A stretch of DNA of 64,000 bases from Actinomycetota bacterium (GCA_028697145.1 JAQVFR010000013.1:3500-67499), one strand, 5' to 3'; shown: positions 1 through 10,639, numbered from the stretch's first letter. Program-made: numbers and translations. The notes: generated by a model not told the origin, from the letters alone.

Positions 1-2102
1 ATCTCCGTGACCTCCACCTTGACTTTGTCGCCGACATTGATGACGTCCTCTACGCGAGGTATGTGACGGTCGGCCAGCTTGGAGATGTGGATGAGCCCTT
101 CCTTGCCCGGAAGGATCTCGACGAAAGCCCCGAAGCTGGTGGTGCGGGTGACCGTGCCGTCGTACTGCTCGCCCGCCTTGGCCTCGCGTATTATCTGTTC
201 CACCATCCTCCTCGCGCCCTGGGCGCTCTCCAGGTCCTTGGCGGTGATGAACACCCTTCCGTCGTCCTCGATGTCCAGCTCGACGTCGTGCTCGGCCATG
301 ATCTTGTGTATCACCTTGCCGCCGGGGCCGATGACCTCGCGGATCTTGTCCACCGGCACCTCGAAGGTGACTACGCGCGGAGCATACGGGGAAAGTTCGC
401 CCCTTGGCTGCGGCAGCGCCTCACTGATCTTACGCAGTATGTAAAGGCGCGCCTCCCGGGCCTGGGCCAGGGCGCGCTGCAGGGTCTCAACGGATATGCC
501 CTGCACTTTCATGTCCATCTGCAGAGCGGTTATGCCCGTGTCCGTCCCCGCCACCTTGAAGTCCATGTCTCCGTACTTGTCCTCGAAGCCCTGGATGTCG
601 GTGAGCACGGCGACCTTGTCCTCCTCCTTTATCAGGCCCATGGCGATGCCGGCCACGGCCTTGTTGTCCTTCATGGGGACTCCCGCGTCCATGAGGGCCA
701 GGGTGGAGGCACATACCGAGGCCATGGAGGTCGACCCATTGGAGGAAAGCACCTCGGACACCAGGCGTACGGTGTAGGGAAAGTCCTCCTCGTCGGGGAT
801 GAGGTTCACCAGCGCCCTCTCGGCCAGCGCGCCGTGTCCTATCTCCCTGCGGCGCGGCCCGCGCAGCATCCCGGTCTCCCCGACGGAGAAGGGGGGGAAA
901 TTGTAATGATGCAGGTAACGCTTGCTCTCATCGGGCGAGAGGTCGTCGATCTTCTGCATGTCGCTGATGGGCCCCAGGGTGAGAAGCGTCAGCACCTGGG
1001 TCAGGCCGCGCCGGAAGAGCCCCGAGCCATGGGTGCGCGATATGAGTCCAACCTCGCAGGTAATGGGGCGGATCTCCTCGGGCCGCCTGCCGTCTATGCG
1101 CATGTCCTCCTCCACGATCATGCGGCGGGTGTATTCGCCCACGAGGTGGCTGAAGTACTCCTTTATCGATTCGACGAAATCGGCGCCGGCGCCCTCCATC
1201 TCGGCCGCCAGGACCAGTTCGCTCTGGAGGTTATCCATGCCGCGGTCGCGTTCCGGCTTGTTCAGCTGGTTGCGGGCGGTCTCGCGCACCAGTTGCTCCA
1301 CGCGGTTCTGCAGCTCCGGGAAGCGCTCACGCACCGCGTCGAAATCATAGCTCTTCAGGTTAACGCTGCGTTTTTCTTTCCCGATCTCCCGCATCATCTG
1401 CTGCTGGACCTTGATCATCTCCCGGATGCCCTGCTTCGAGAACTCCAGGGCGTCGACCATCTCGTCCTCGGGGACCTGCATGGCTCCGGCCTCGACCATG
1501 ATCACCTCGATCTCGTTGGTCTCCTGGTTGAGCACACCCGCAACGACCAGGTCCAGGCGGCTGTTCTCCAGCTCCTGCAGGGTGGGGTTGAGCGTGAAGC
1601 CGTCCGGCATCAGGCCTACCCTGACCGCTCCCACGGGCCCGTTGAACGGTATATCGGATATGCTGAGGGCCGCCGATGCACCGTTGATTGCCATTACGTC
1701 CGGGGGATTCATCTGGTCGACGGAAAGGATCGTCGCGATCACCTGTACCTCAATGCGCATTCCCTCGGGAAAGGTGGGCCTGAGCGGACGGTCGATGAGC
1801 CGTGCGTTGAGGATCGATTTCTCCGAGGGGCGGCCTTCACGGCGAAAGAAGCCGCCGGGGATCTTGCCCGCGGCGTACATCCTCTCCTCGACGTCAACCA
1901 CCAGGGGGAAGAAATCCCTGTCCACTTCGTGCTTCGATCCCATCGCCGTCACCAGTATGTCGGTGCCGCCGCAGGATACAACGGCCGCCCCGTCGGCCAG
2001 GATCGCGAGCTTGCCGACCTCGAACCCGGTTAGCTTTCCAGCTATCTCCACCGAGTATTTCTTAACTTCTTCTTCGGTCATTCCTTCTTCATCTCCATTC
2101 AT
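1..2102 (-). CDS. pnp: polynucleotide phosphorylase (C-terminus runs off window start)
   Basis: Reverse-strand translation from ATG at 2102..2100 reads MNGDEEGMTEEEVKKYSVEIAGKLTGFEVGKLAILADGAAVV...; RNase PH-like domains, a KH region and a C-terminal S1 domain are recognisable. The forward ORF 63..2033 is its antisense shadow. Confidence 0.9.
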   Translation of the reverse strand, partial: MNGDEEGMTEEEVKKYSVEIAGKLTGFEVGKLAILADGAAVVSCGGTDILVTAMGSKHEVDRDFFPLVVDVEERMYAAGKIPGGFFRREGRPSEKSILNARLIDRPLRPTFPEGMRIEVQVIATILSVDQMNPPDVMAINGASAALSISDIPFNGPVGAVRVGLMPDGFTLNPTLQELENSRLDLVVAGVLNQETNEIEVIMVEAGAMQVPEDEMVDALEFSKQGIREMIKVQQQMMREIGKEKRSVNLKSYDFDAVRERFPELQNRVEQLVRETARNQLNKPERDRGMDNLQSELVLAAEMEGAGADFVESIKEYFSHLVGEYTRRMIVEEDMRIDGRRPEEIRPITCEVGLISRTHGSGLFRRGLTQVLTLLTLGPISDMQKIDDLSPDESKRYLHHYNFPPFSVGETGMLRGPRRREIGHGALAERALVNLIPDEEDFPYTVRLVSEVLSSNGSTSMASVCASTLALMDAGVPMKDNKAVAGIAMGLIKEEDKVAVLTDIQGFEDKYGDMDFKVAGTDTGITALQMDMKVQGISVETLQRALAQAREARLYILRKISEALPQPRGELSPYAPRVVTFEVPVDKIREVIGPGGKVIHKIMAEHDVELDIEDDGRVFITAKDLESAQGARRMVEQIIREAKAGEQYDGTVTRTTSFGAFVEILPGKEGLIHISKLADRHIPRVEDVINVGDKVKVEVTE

Positions 2103-2132
2103 TTCCTATTATGCAATGCGAACGCGGGCTAA

Positions 2133-2402
2133 TCATCGCCGCAGCCCCAACCTCTCTATCAGGTTGCGATATCGCTCCACGTCCTTGTCCTTGAGATAAT
2201 CGAGCAGTCTTCTTCTCTTGCCTACCATTTTCAGCAGTCCTCTGCGAGAGTGGTGATCTTTCTTATGCACCTTGAGATGCTCGGTAAGTTCATCGATACG
2301 CTTGGTGAGGATTGCGATCTGTACTTCAGCGGATCCCGTGTCCTGCTCGTGAGACCTGTACTCCTCGATTATCTCGAGTTTCCGTTCACTGCTGAGGGGC
2401 AT
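2133..2402 (-). CDS. rpsO: 30S ribosomal protein S15
   Basis: 89 aa; [70 protein letters not shown] is a typical S15 sequence. Classic position upstream of pnp. Confidence 0.95.
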   Translation of the reverse strand: MPLSSERKLEIIEEYRSHEQDTGSAEVQIAILTKRIDELTEHLKVHKKDHHSRRGLLKMVGKRRRLLDYLKDKDVERYRNLIERLGLRR

Positions 2403-2630
2403 GCCTTTTCACCTCCTTATCCCCGTGGACCCAAGACAGGAGTCGGCACTCTCCAATCCTAGGACCAGGTTCTAGCGGCCCTCCCGCCGCTTTATTAATC
2501 CTCTCTCTCGTTACACACGACGTGATGATAACACAGCGGGGCTCGCGCGGTAAATCGATGGCATCATGCCCCGCCCCGGCAATACCCGCCGCGCGCGCCG
2601 CCGCGGCAGGGTCTCCCGCCATACATCCGT

Positions 2631-3584
2631 TCAGCCCGGCGGCTCTCCGTCCTGCAGTTCCCGAGCTTTCTCCACATCCTTCCCGATCTGCTCCACGAGC
2701 GAAGCGACGTCCGGAAAGGACTCCTCGCCCCTCAGCCTGGCATGGAAGGTTATGCCCATGAAGTGGTCGTAGAGATCCTCTTCCCAGCCCGGGATATGCA
2801 CCTCGACACGGCGCTTCGCTTCCCCTCCGTGCACGAAGGTGGGCACCGACCCTACGTAGCTGACCGCAGGCAGGACGCGGTGTTCGAGGTGGGCTTCGCC
2901 AGCATAAACGCCGTTGGCGGGAATGCAGCGGTTGTCGTGGACCTCGATATTGGCTGTGGGGAATCCCATCCTCCTGCCCCTGGCGTCGCCCCTCACCACT
3001 ACTCCCTCGATCATGTAATCCCACCCCAGCAGCTTTCCGGCCTCTTCGACCTCCCCTCGTTCGATCATCCTGCGTATGAGGGTGCTGGATATCACCTCTC
3101 CGTCGTCGCGCAGCAGCGGGACCGGGGTCGTGACCATGCCGAACCGCTTTCCCGCATCCGCGAGGAAAGACACGTCCCCTTCGCCGCCCTTGCCGAACCG
3201 GAAGTTCTCCCCCAGCACCACCTCGCGGGCATGCAGAGAGCCCGCCAGCAGCTCCTCTACGAAAGCCTCGGCGGAAACCACCGAGAACTCCTCGTCGAAA
3301 TGGGCCATGAGCACCATGTCGACATCGTGCTCCTCGAGCAGCCTGAGCTTCTGCGCGCTGGACGAGAGGAGCTTGGGGTGTCTGCCCGGTTTCAGGACCT
3401 CCAGGGGATGGCGGTCGAAGGTGAAGACCACGCACCTCAACCCGCGCTCTCGCGCCTTTTCGTGGGCGATGTGGATTATCTTCTGGTGACCCCTGTGGAC
3501 CCCGTCGAACATGCCGACGGTGACTACCGTGTCGCCCGTGTCGTCCGGTATCGCTCCTATTCCGGGTATTATCTCCATCTTCAA
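2631..3584 (-). CDS. ribF: bifunctional riboflavin kinase / FAD synthetase
   Basis: 317 aa; N-terminal nucleotidyltransferase region (GMFDGVHRGHQ) and C-terminal riboflavin kinase region (GFPTANI, PTFVHGGE). Synteny truB-ribF-rpsO. Confidence 0.9.
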   Translation of the reverse strand: MKMEIIPGIGAIPDDTGDTVVTVGMFDGVHRGHQKIIHIAHEKARERGLRCVVFTFDRHPLEVLKPGRHPKLLSSSAQKLRLLEEHDVDMVLMAHFDEEFSVVSAEAFVEELLAGSLHAREVVLGENFRFGKGGEGDVSFLADAGKRFGMVTTPVPLLRDDGEVISSTLIRRMIERGEVEEAGKLLGWDYMIEGVVVRGDARGRRMGFPTANIEVHDNRCIPANGVYAGEAHLEHRVLPAVSYVGSVPTFVHGGEAKRRVEVHIPGWEEDLYDHFMGITFHARLRGEESFPDVASLVEQIGKDVEKARELQDGEPPG

Positions 3585-3705
3585 CCGTCAGCTTTCCCGC
3601 ATCGCTTCACGCCGGGGTATCTTTCCGCCGATATCACCCTATAGAGTATAGGCCGCGCCCGCGCATTTCAATCGCGGACGAGGCGCCCGCGGCAATATGG
3701 GGAGC

Positions 3706-4620
3706 TTACATCATACGCGCGGCGCGGGACTCGAACGGCTCCAGGGAGGTCACGCGGTGCACCCCCAGGAGGGTCCCACCCCCGAACACCGCCACCACGT
3801 CGCCCAGCGCCATGCCCGCGTCCGCTCCGGACACCATGTCCCGGGTAACAGGCGCTCCGTTTCGCACGGCTCCGCAGGCAGCGCCGGTGACCTCGACCCT
3901 GGCGTACCCGGTCAGCGCCGCCTCCGCCGGCAGCAGGACCTCCCAGCCCCTCGCAAGTTCGTCTCCCACCGCCTCCAGGCTCGACGCATCCTCGACTCTG
4001 AAGGGCCCGGCCGCCGTGCGGCGCAGCCGGCTGAGGGTGCCTCCGCACGACAGCGCGCAACCCACCCGCGCCGCCAGGTCGCGCACGTAGGTGCCTGGAG
4101 AGCATTCCACGACGAAATCAACCTCGGCCCTCTCTCCAAGGTCTCTATATCCCGTCATCTCCACGCGGTATAACCGCACCCTCCTGCTTTTCCTGGCCAC
4201 TTCCTGCCCCTTGCGCGCGTAGTGATACAGGGGCCTGCCTCGGTGTTTTACCGCGGAATACATGGGAGGGACCTGCTCCAGCTCCCCCAGCAGTGAGGCC
4301 AGCGCCTCGCGCGCCTCGCGCGGTCCGCCGCCATATGGCTTCTCGCATGTCACTTCGCCCTGCGTGTCCATGCTGTCGGTGCACACGCCGAGCAATATGC
4401 TTCCCTCGTATATCTTGGGATCGTCACGAACGTAGGGGGCCAGCCTGGTCGTACTTCCGACCAGGACCACGAGAAGGCCTGACGCCATGGGGTCGAGGGT
4501 CCCCGTGTGCCCCACCTTCACCTTGCCCAGGAATCCTCTCACGGCCGCCACGACGTCGTGCGAGGTCGGCCCGCTGGGTTTATCGATCAGAAGCAGTCCG
4601 CTCCGGCTCTCTTTATCCAC
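3706..4620 (-). CDS. truB: tRNA pseudouridine(55) synthase
   Basis: 304 aa; LLLIDKPSGPTSHDVV and GHTGTLDPMASGLLVV motifs (catalytic Asp region) plus a C-terminal PUA-like part. Confidence 0.9.
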   Translation of the reverse strand: MDKESRSGLLLIDKPSGPTSHDVVAAVRGFLGKVKVGHTGTLDPMASGLLVVLVGSTTRLAPYVRDDPKIYEGSILLGVCTDSMDTQGEVTCEKPYGGGPREAREALASLLGELEQVPPMYSAVKHRGRPLYHYARKGQEVARKSRRVRLYRVEMTGYRDLGERAEVDFVVECSPGTYVRDLAARVGCALSCGGTLSRLRRTAAGPFRVEDASSLEAVGDELARGWEVLLPAEAALTGYARVEVTGAACGAVRNGAPVTRDMVSGADAGMALGDVVAVFGGGTLLGVHRVTSLEPFESRAARMM

Positions 4621-5581
4621 GCCTGTCCCGCAGTTTTTCCACCAGTTCGTTTACGCTTCCCGCGATGTCCGAATCGGAGGTGTAACCGGCGGCCATGGCA
4701 TGTCCCCCTCCTCCCATTGACCGCGCTATGGGCCCAACCTCGAACCCGTCACGCGACCTCAGGCTTACCCTGACTTCTCCGGTCGGAAGCTCCTTGAAGA
4801 GGGCCGCCACGCGGGTGCCGCGAACGGAACGCAGGTGATCTATGAGGTCCTCCGTCTCGGGGAGGGTAGCCCCCGTGTCCGCGAGGTCCTGCTGGGTTAT
4901 ATAGCTGTACGCGAACTCGTGTTCAGCCATGACCTCCACGCGCTGCAGGGCACGTCCCAGGAGCCGCGTGTAAGAGAGGGACTGGCTGTCGTACACCTCG
5001 CTCACCACCCGGAATAAGTCAGCCCCCGCCGCGGCGAGCTCATGGGCGATTACGAAGGTCCCGGGGGAGGTGTTGCGATGGTGAAAGCGGCCGGTATCCG
5101 TGACGACACCGGTATAGAGACAGGTGGCCACCTCCGGGCTGACCGGCCAACCGGCCTTCCTGATCACCTTGTATACGAGTTCGGAGGTGGAGGAAGCCAT
5201 GGCATCAACGAGGTTGATCCCGCCGAACATGGTGTTGTCCTCGTGGTGATCGATGTTCACGAGCGTTTCGGCGGCCTCGGCCTTCTTGCGCAGCGGTCCG
5301 AGCCGTTCGATATTGCTGCAGTCGAGAGCAGCGAACAGCCCCGGCTGTTCCCCGATCTCGTCCGGAGCGATGAGCATCTCCCTCCCGGGCAGGAAATCGT
5401 ACTGGGGAGGGTATTTCCAGGGCTCGGGAATGCACGGGAGGACGCGCTTGCCTGCCCCGGTCAGGACCATGGCCAGGGCCAGCAGGGCCCCTACGCTGTC
5501 CCCGTCCGGGTTCACGTGGGATGCTATCCCGACGACCTCCGCGCCCTCGAGGGCCGCGGCTGTCCTCTCCAGCTCCGTCAT
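4613..5581 (-). CDS. nrnA: DHH/DHHA1 family phosphoesterase (NrnA-like oligoribonuclease / pAp phosphatase)
   Basis: 322 aa; DHH motif (NIDHHEDN) and C-terminal GGGH motif (GGGGHAMAAG). 8-nt overlap with truB, 4-nt overlap with rbfA. Confidence 0.8.
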   Translation of the reverse strand: MTELERTAAALEGAEVVGIASHVNPDGDSVGALLALAMVLTGAGKRVLPCIPEPWKYPPQYDFLPGREMLIAPDEIGEQPGLFAALDCSNIERLGPLRKKAEAAETLVNIDHHEDNTMFGGINLVDAMASSTSELVYKVIRKAGWPVSPEVATCLYTGVVTDTGRFHHRNTSPGTFVIAHELAAAGADLFRVVSEVYDSQSLSYTRLLGRALQRVEVMAEHEFAYSYITQQDLADTGATLPETEDLIDHLRSVRGTRVAALFKELPTGEVRVSLRSRDGFEVGPIARSMGGGGHAMAAGYTSDSDIAGSVNELVEKLRDRRG

Positions 5582-5928
5582 TCGCCTTCCTCCGCGAGAT
5601 CTTGCAGAATGCTCTGCACCCTTTCGCTTACCTCGGGGCCCCGGTCCAGGAATATCCTCAGCTCCGGCGTGTAGCGCATGCGCACCCTCTGCCCCAATTC
5701 CCTGCGCATGAAACCCTTTGCCCTCTCCAGAACCCGCATCACCGTCTCCACCTCTTCCTCCGGGCCCAGTACGCTCAGCCGTACCTTGGCCTGATGCAGG
5801 TCAGGCGTGACCTCGACCGAGGTCACGGTGACGAAACCTATGCGCGGGTCCTTGATCTTTTCCTGCAGGATCTCCCCCAATGCCTCCTTGCAGGCTTCGT
5901 TGACCCTCTTCATGCGTTCCGGAATCAT
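5578..5928 (-). CDS. rbfA: ribosome-binding factor A
   Basis: Start chosen at the internal Met (MIPERMKRVNEACKEALGEILQEKIKDPRIGFVTVTSVEVTPDL...). The ORF-track N-terminal extension has no RbfA-like sequence. Synteny infB-DUF503-rbfA. Confidence 0.85.
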   Translation of the reverse strand: MIPERMKRVNEACKEALGEILQEKIKDPRIGFVTVTSVEVTPDLHQAKVRLSVLGPEEEVETVMRVLERAKGFMRRELGQRVRMRYTPELRIFLDRGPEVSERVQSILQDLAEEGE

Positions 5929-5959
5929 ATCGACCACCTCGACCTTCTGCCGCACGCGT

Positions 5960-6247
5960 TCAGGGTCTGAACACGAACATCGGCGATTCCAGGACCTCTG
6001 CCTTGCCCATGGCCCTGACGCTGCGGTCGACGCGGTTGAGCATCTCCCGTACCGCATACTCGCTGTTGCCCACGCAGGTAACCCCCAGGCTGCATAACTG
6101 CCACAGGTCTTGATTGTCTACCTCCGCCACCGCCACGTTGAAGCGGTTGCGGGTACGGTCGATGATCGACTTTACGACCTGGCGTTTTTCCTTGAGTGTC
6201 CGGCACTGGGGCATATGCAGTTCGATCATCAGCGCGCCTACGAACAT
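5960..6247 (-). CDS. DUF503 family protein (YlxP-like)
   Basis: 95 aa; MFVGALMIELHMPQCRTLKEKRQVVKSIIDR pattern and conserved position between infB and rbfA. Confidence 0.8.
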   Translation of the reverse strand: MFVGALMIELHMPQCRTLKEKRQVVKSIIDRTRNRFNVAVAEVDNQDLWQLCSLGVTCVGNSEYAVREMLNRVDRSVRAMGKAEVLESPMFVFRP

Positions 6248-6261
6248 AAGCGCCGCCCTCC

Positions 6262-8610
6262 TCAGGAGTCGGCTTGCTCACCGCCCCGGGGTATCTCGCG
6301 AGTCTCAACGACCTCTATTACGTCGCCTTCCTTGATGTCCTGGAAGTTCTCCAGCCCCACGCCGCATTCGTACCCCGCCGCCACGGAACGTACGTCGTCC
6401 TTGAACCTGCGCAGCGACGAGATCCCGCCCTCGAAAATTATGGACCCGTCCCGCAGCAGCCTCACGCGGGAGTTGCGGTTGATCTCCCCCTCCCGCACGT
6501 AAGCTCCCGCTATGGCGCCCTGGCGCGGAACGCGGAATACGGCCCTTACCTCCAACTCCCCTACTTTGATCTCCTCGTATTCGGGCTTGAGCATCCCCAC
6601 CAGGGCGGCTTCCAGTTCCTCCAGCAGCTGGTAGATCACGCGGTACGTGCGCACCTCGACCTTTTCCCTCGCCGCCATGTCCAGGGTGCTGGAATCCGGC
6701 CTGACGTTGAAGCCTATGACCACCGCGCCCGAGGCCCTGGCGAGCATGACGTCGTTTTCCGTGATGGCCCCCACCCCGGTGCGGATGATGTTCACCACGA
6801 TCTCGCCCACCTTGATCTTGGCGATGGAGTCCTTGACCGCCTCCACCGACCCCTGGGTATCCCCCTTGATGATCAGGTTGAACTCCTGCGCCTCGCCCTC
6901 CTGTATCTGCCGGAACAGGTCCTCCAGGGAGAGGGTCGGCACGGCATTGCGGTCGTCCGCGGCCCTTTCGCGCGATACCCTGGCCTCGGCGATGGCGCGC
7001 GCCTTCTTCTCGTCCTCGACCACCGCGAACTCGTCACCGGCCTCCGGGACGCTGCTCAAGCCCAGGATCTCCACGGGTGTCGATGGTCCGGCCTCCTCCA
7101 TCATGCGGCCCTTGTCGTCGAGGAGCGCCCTCACCCTGCCGAAGGTCTTCCCGGCCATGAGGGCGTCTCCGCGCCTCAGCGTGCCTCTTTTCACCAGCAG
7201 GGTGGCCACCGGCCCCCGGCCCTTGTCGAGGCGGGCCTCGATGACGTTGCCGCTGGCCGGCGCCTCCGGGTTGGCGCGGTAATCCTGTATCTCCGCCAGC
7301 AGGAGCAGCATCTCCAGGAGATGGTCCAGGTTGGTCCCCTGCTTGGCCGAGACATCGACGTAAATCGCATCCCCTCCCCATTCCTCGGGAAGCAGGTTGA
7401 ACTCAGTCAACTGCTGGCGCACGCGCGTGGGATTCGCCTCCGGCTTGTCGATCTTGTTCACGGCCACGACTATAGGCACCTCGGCGGCTTGCGCGTGATC
7501 GATGGCCTCGACGGTCTGCGGCATAACGCCGTCGTCCGCCGCTACCACCAGAACCGCGATATCCGTCACGCTTGCTCCCCTGGCCCTCATGGCCGTGAAG
7601 GACTCATGGCCCGGCGTATCTATGAAGGTTATGGTCTTGCCCTCGTACGTGACCACGGAAGCTCCTATGTGCTGCGTTATCCCCCCCATCTCCTGGTCCG
7701 TGACGGAGGTGTTGCGTATGGCGTCGAGCAGGGAGGTCTTGCCGTGGTCCACGTGTCCCATCACCGTCACCACGGGAGGGCGGGGCCGCAACGACTCGGG
7801 AGCGTCCTCAAAGGCTTCGACCTCCTCCGGTGGGCGCGACTTTACCTCCAGTTCTATCTTGAGCTCCTCGGCAACAAGCGCCAGTGCATCCTCCGAGATG
7901 GCCTGGTTGATGGTTATCATCTCCCCCAGGCCCATGAGTATGGAGAGTATCTGTGATGGCTTTCTTCCGACCCTCTGCGCGAACTCGCGTACCGTTATCC
8001 CCGCGGGAACGCGCAGCTTTTTCTTCATCGGCTTGGTCCCGGGTTCCCTGGGGGCGGCCTTCTCCACCCGCGCCGCCTCGCGCCTGTCATAGCGCTGCCT
8101 CGAGGGAGGCCTATCCTGCTGCCTCGGTCTCTCCGGCGCCCTCGCCGGCCTCTCTCCGCTCACCGCGGGTTTCGCGGGCGCGGGGCGATGCTGCGGCTGC
8201 CGCGTCCCGGCTGCCGGGCCGCCATGCGGTGCGGCGGCGGGCTTCTGCCTCTCCTGCCGCGCCTCGGCCTTTTTCACGGGAGTCTCCGTCGCGCTCGTCT
8301 TCGCCTCGGCCGTTTCCGCACGGCCCGCCGTCTTCTCCGCCGCCGTCCCGGCGGCTTTTTCCTCCTTGCGCTCCGGCTTCGCTTTCTTCGCCGCCGGCTT
8401 GGCGGCGGCTTTCTCCTTCACGGGCGCCTTCTTCTTCGCCCTCTCCGGCTTGGGCTTGGAGATCTTTTTCAGGACTGCCTTCTCCAGGTCATCGCCGATG
8501 GACGAAAGGGGGTTCTGTATGTCCTCGCCCATGGACTGCAGCAACTCCAGCAACTCCTTGCTGGTGATACCGATCTCCTTGGCTAACTGATGTACTCTCT
8601 TTCCCGCCAT
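6262..8610 (-). CDS. infB: translation initiation factor IF-2
   Basis: 782 aa; low-complexity Ala/Pro/Lys/Glu-rich N-terminus, then GTPase domain ([26 protein letters not shown]) and C-terminal beta-barrel domains. Confidence 0.95.
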   Translation of the reverse strand: MAGKRVHQLAKEIGITSKELLELLQSMGEDIQNPLSSIGDDLEKAVLKKISKPKPERAKKKAPVKEKAAAKPAAKKAKPERKEEKAAGTAAEKTAGRAETAEAKTSATETPVKKAEARQERQKPAAAPHGGPAAGTRQPQHRPAPAKPAVSGERPARAPERPRQQDRPPSRQRYDRREAARVEKAAPREPGTKPMKKKLRVPAGITVREFAQRVGRKPSQILSILMGLGEMITINQAISEDALALVAEELKIELEVKSRPPEEVEAFEDAPESLRPRPPVVTVMGHVDHGKTSLLDAIRNTSVTDQEMGGITQHIGASVVTYEGKTITFIDTPGHESFTAMRARGASVTDIAVLVVAADDGVMPQTVEAIDHAQAAEVPIVVAVNKIDKPEANPTRVRQQLTEFNLLPEEWGGDAIYVDVSAKQGTNLDHLLEMLLLLAEIQDYRANPEAPASGNVIEARLDKGRGPVATLLVKRGTLRRGDALMAGKTFGRVRALLDDKGRMMEEAGPSTPVEILGLSSVPEAGDEFAVVEDEKKARAIAEARVSRERAADDRNAVPTLSLEDLFRQIQEGEAQEFNLIIKGDTQGSVEAVKDSIAKIKVGEIVVNIIRTGVGAITENDVMLARASGAVVIGFNVRPDSSTLDMAAREKVEVRTYRVIYQLLEELEAALVGMLKPEYEEIKVGELEVRAVFRVPRQGAIAGAYVREGEINRNSRVRLLRDGSIIFEGGISSLRRFKDDVRSVAAGYECGVGLENFQDIKEGDVIEVVETREIPRGGEQADS

Positions 8611-8683
8611 TCTGACTCCCGTCCTGGCCTCCCTGAGGCCTAATTAAACAACATACGCGGCGATGCCGGAAGACCCGTTCGCC

Positions 8684-9835
8684 TTATAATACACTCCCGC
8701 CGTCCTCGTTCTCGACCTTCGGGGGGATATCCTCACCGGGCGGGGTTTCGCCAGCCTCCGCCGCCACTTCCTCTTGCGGGACCGATTCCTCGTCTTCCTC
8801 GAAGCCCATCCCTTCGCCGGTATCATCGTCCTCTTCCACGGCGTGGGCCGTATACCCTTCCCGCTCGTCTCTGGCCTGCGATTCGCTTTTTATGTCTATC
8901 CTCCACCCCGTGAGCTTAGCGGCCAGACGCGCGTTCTGCCCTTCCTTCCCGATCGCCAGCGAAAGCTGGCTGTCGGGCACGATGACTTCCGACAGTTCCT
9001 CGTCCTCGTAAACCCTGACCTCTTTGACCTTCGCGGGGCTGATGGCGTTGGATACGAACTCCCGCGGGTCCTCGCTCCAGGGCACGATGTCGACCTTCTC
9101 CCCCTTGAGCTCGTTCACCACCATGCGCACCCGTGAACCGCGGGCTCCCACGCAGGCGCCAACGGGGTCGATGTTGCGATCGTGGGATACGACGGCGATC
9201 TTCGAGCGATGTCCGGGCTCCCTGGCCACGGCCTTTATCTCCACGTAACCCTCGGCTATCTCGGGGACCTCGAGCTCGAACAGGCGCTTGAGCAGACCGG
9301 GATGGGTGCGGGAAACGAGTATCTGGGGCCCCTTGCTCGTCTTGCGCACCTCGACGATATACACCTTTACGCGCATCCCGTGCCTGGGCCTCTCGCCCGG
9401 CATCTGCTCGGACACCGGCAGCAGGGCCTCGACCTTGCCCAGGTCCACCAGCGTGTAGCGCTGGTCCGACTGCTGCACGATCCCGGTGACGATATCCCCG
9501 GCTTTCTCGCGGTATTCCTCGAACATGAGGTCTCTCTCGGCCTCCCTGATACGCTGCAGGATCACCTGCTTGGCGGTCTGTGCCGCTATCCTTCCGAAAT
9601 TGCCGGGGGTGACCTCTTCCTCCCTGACCTCTCCCGTCTTCTCGTCCTCTATCTCGGCGTATACGTGTATGGAGCCGGTCTCCCGGTTCACCTCGACCCT
9701 CGCCTCTTCCTCGGTTGCGTAGTTCTTCTTGTATGCCGACAGAAGGGCCGCTTCCAGGGCCTGGATTATCGTCTCCGCATCAATACCCTTTTCGCGCTCA
9801 ATCTGTCGCAGCGCATCAAGCCATTCCACGTTCAC
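8684..9835 (-). CDS. nusA: transcription termination/antitermination factor NusA
   Basis: 383 aa; N-terminal domain, S1 and two KH regions ([29 protein letters not shown]), plus an acidic C-terminal tail. Confidence 0.95.
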   Translation of the reverse strand: MNVEWLDALRQIEREKGIDAETIIQALEAALLSAYKKNYATEEEARVEVNRETGSIHVYAEIEDEKTGEVREEEVTPGNFGRIAAQTAKQVILQRIREAERDLMFEEYREKAGDIVTGIVQQSDQRYTLVDLGKVEALLPVSEQMPGERPRHGMRVKVYIVEVRKTSKGPQILVSRTHPGLLKRLFELEVPEIAEGYVEIKAVAREPGHRSKIAVVSHDRNIDPVGACVGARGSRVRMVVNELKGEKVDIVPWSEDPREFVSNAISPAKVKEVRVYEDEELSEVIVPDSQLSLAIGKEGQNARLAAKLTGWRIDIKSESQARDEREGYTAHAVEEDDDTGEGMGFEEDEESVPQEEVAAEAGETPPGEDIPPKVENEDGGSVL

Positions 9836-9865
9836 TCTGATTTCCTCCGTATCCGCATGTCGTCT

Positions 9866-10342
9866 CTACCAGGGCGCATCGAAGTGGAGCTTCGTCTTCT
9901 TCAAGGCCTGATAGGGAAAGGTTATCTCCTCGCCATCGGCGAGCACGGTTATCCCCTCATCGTCGGCGGCCTTCAGCCTTCCCTGAATCTTCTGCCTCCC
10001 CTCGAAGGCCTGGCGCAGTACGATATCGACCTCCCTGCCCGTGAAACAGCGGAATTCCCGCGGTTTGCGCAGGACCCGCTGCAATCCGGGCGATTCGACC
10101 TCCAGGTTATAGCTCTCGCTGATGACGTCCTCCACATCGAGGTGGCGGCTTATCTCCTCGCTCATCTCCGCACAGGCCTCCACGTCGATGCCGCCTTCGC
10201 GGTCGAGGCATACCGTAACCACCAGCCTCTTGCCCCTTCTTTCGACGTCCACCGAGACCAGGCGCAGCCCGGCGTCGGCCGCGAGCGGATCTATCAACTC
10301 CTCCAGGCTGATCTCCATGTCCTTCAATGGCAGGCCGTTCAT
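9866..10342 (-). CDS. rimP: ribosome maturation factor RimP
   Basis: 158 aa; conserved position immediately upstream of nusA. SD GAGGTGG sits 6 nt before the ATG. Confidence 0.9.
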   Translation of the reverse strand: MNGLPLKDMEISLEELIDPLAADAGLRLVSVDVERRGKRLVVTVCLDREGGIDVEACAEMSEEISRHLDVEDVISESYNLEVESPGLQRVLRKPREFRCFTGREVDIVLRQAFEGRQKIQGRLKAADDEGITVLADGEEITFPYQALKKTKLHFDAPW

Positions 10343-10358
10343 GTTACCACCTCAACAT

Positions 10359-10385
10359 CAAATAAAAAGTGGGCACTTGCCCACT
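10359..10385 (-). promoter_or_regulatory. leader stem-loop plus U-tract (candidate attenuator/intrinsic terminator) just upstream of the rimP SD
   Basis: Inverted repeat AGTGGGCA/TGCCCACT at 10368..10385. On the transcribed minus strand it is followed by UUUUUAUUU (complement of 10367..10359), then the SD and the rimP ATG. Confidence 0.5.
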
Positions 10386-10639
10386 CGGCTCCAGTGTTAC
10401 GCTCTTTTATAACCGAAGTATAGCACAACCTCCGACTCCCAGCAACAACTCGAAAGCGTAATAAACAGCCTCTCAAGTGCTAAAACTCAGTCACGCCCGG
10501 AAGGTGCGGCGCATGCGATGCGCCCCTCCGTGCCGGCGCCTTTTCGTCTTCCGTACGGGCAATAACATGTAGCCTCGAGACTGCGCCACGCATATAATAG
10601 TTAACGTTATCCAGAATCGAGGAAAGGAACGGGGATTTC

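Noticed and set aside
63-2033. 656-aa forward ORF covering the pnp region
   Set aside because: Antisense shadow of pnp. The product is low-complexity (Gly/Leu/His/Asp/Arg-rich) with no domain signature, whereas the reverse strand gives an unmistakable PNPase. Other long ORFs are rejected for the same reason: 6274..7956 (antisense infB), 13101..15071 (antisense thrS), 27500..28720 (antisense TPP enzyme), 55527..57521 (antisense DUF2207), 2386..3435 and 2742..3644 (alternative frames or strand of ribF), 19378..20112 and 19589..20203 (alternative frames of the acyl-CoA synthetase), and 41497..42417 (alternative frame of the ACAD).
8130-8560. Repetitive, low-complexity DNA that could be mistaken for a repeat array
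   Set aside because: It encodes the Ala/Pro/Lys/Glu-rich N-terminal region of IF-2 and is imperfect and in-frame. Similar coding low-complexity tracts (57780..57860 Gly-rich tail; 57930..58010 His-rich tail) are not CRISPR or tandem-repeat loci. No array of regularly spaced direct repeats was found anywhere in the window.
8644-8826. 60-aa Arg/Lys-rich ORF between infB and nusA
   Set aside because: Lies almost entirely inside the nusA 3' coding region in another frame. The true nusA-infB spacer is only 73 nt. No ylxR/L7Ae-like genes are present here.
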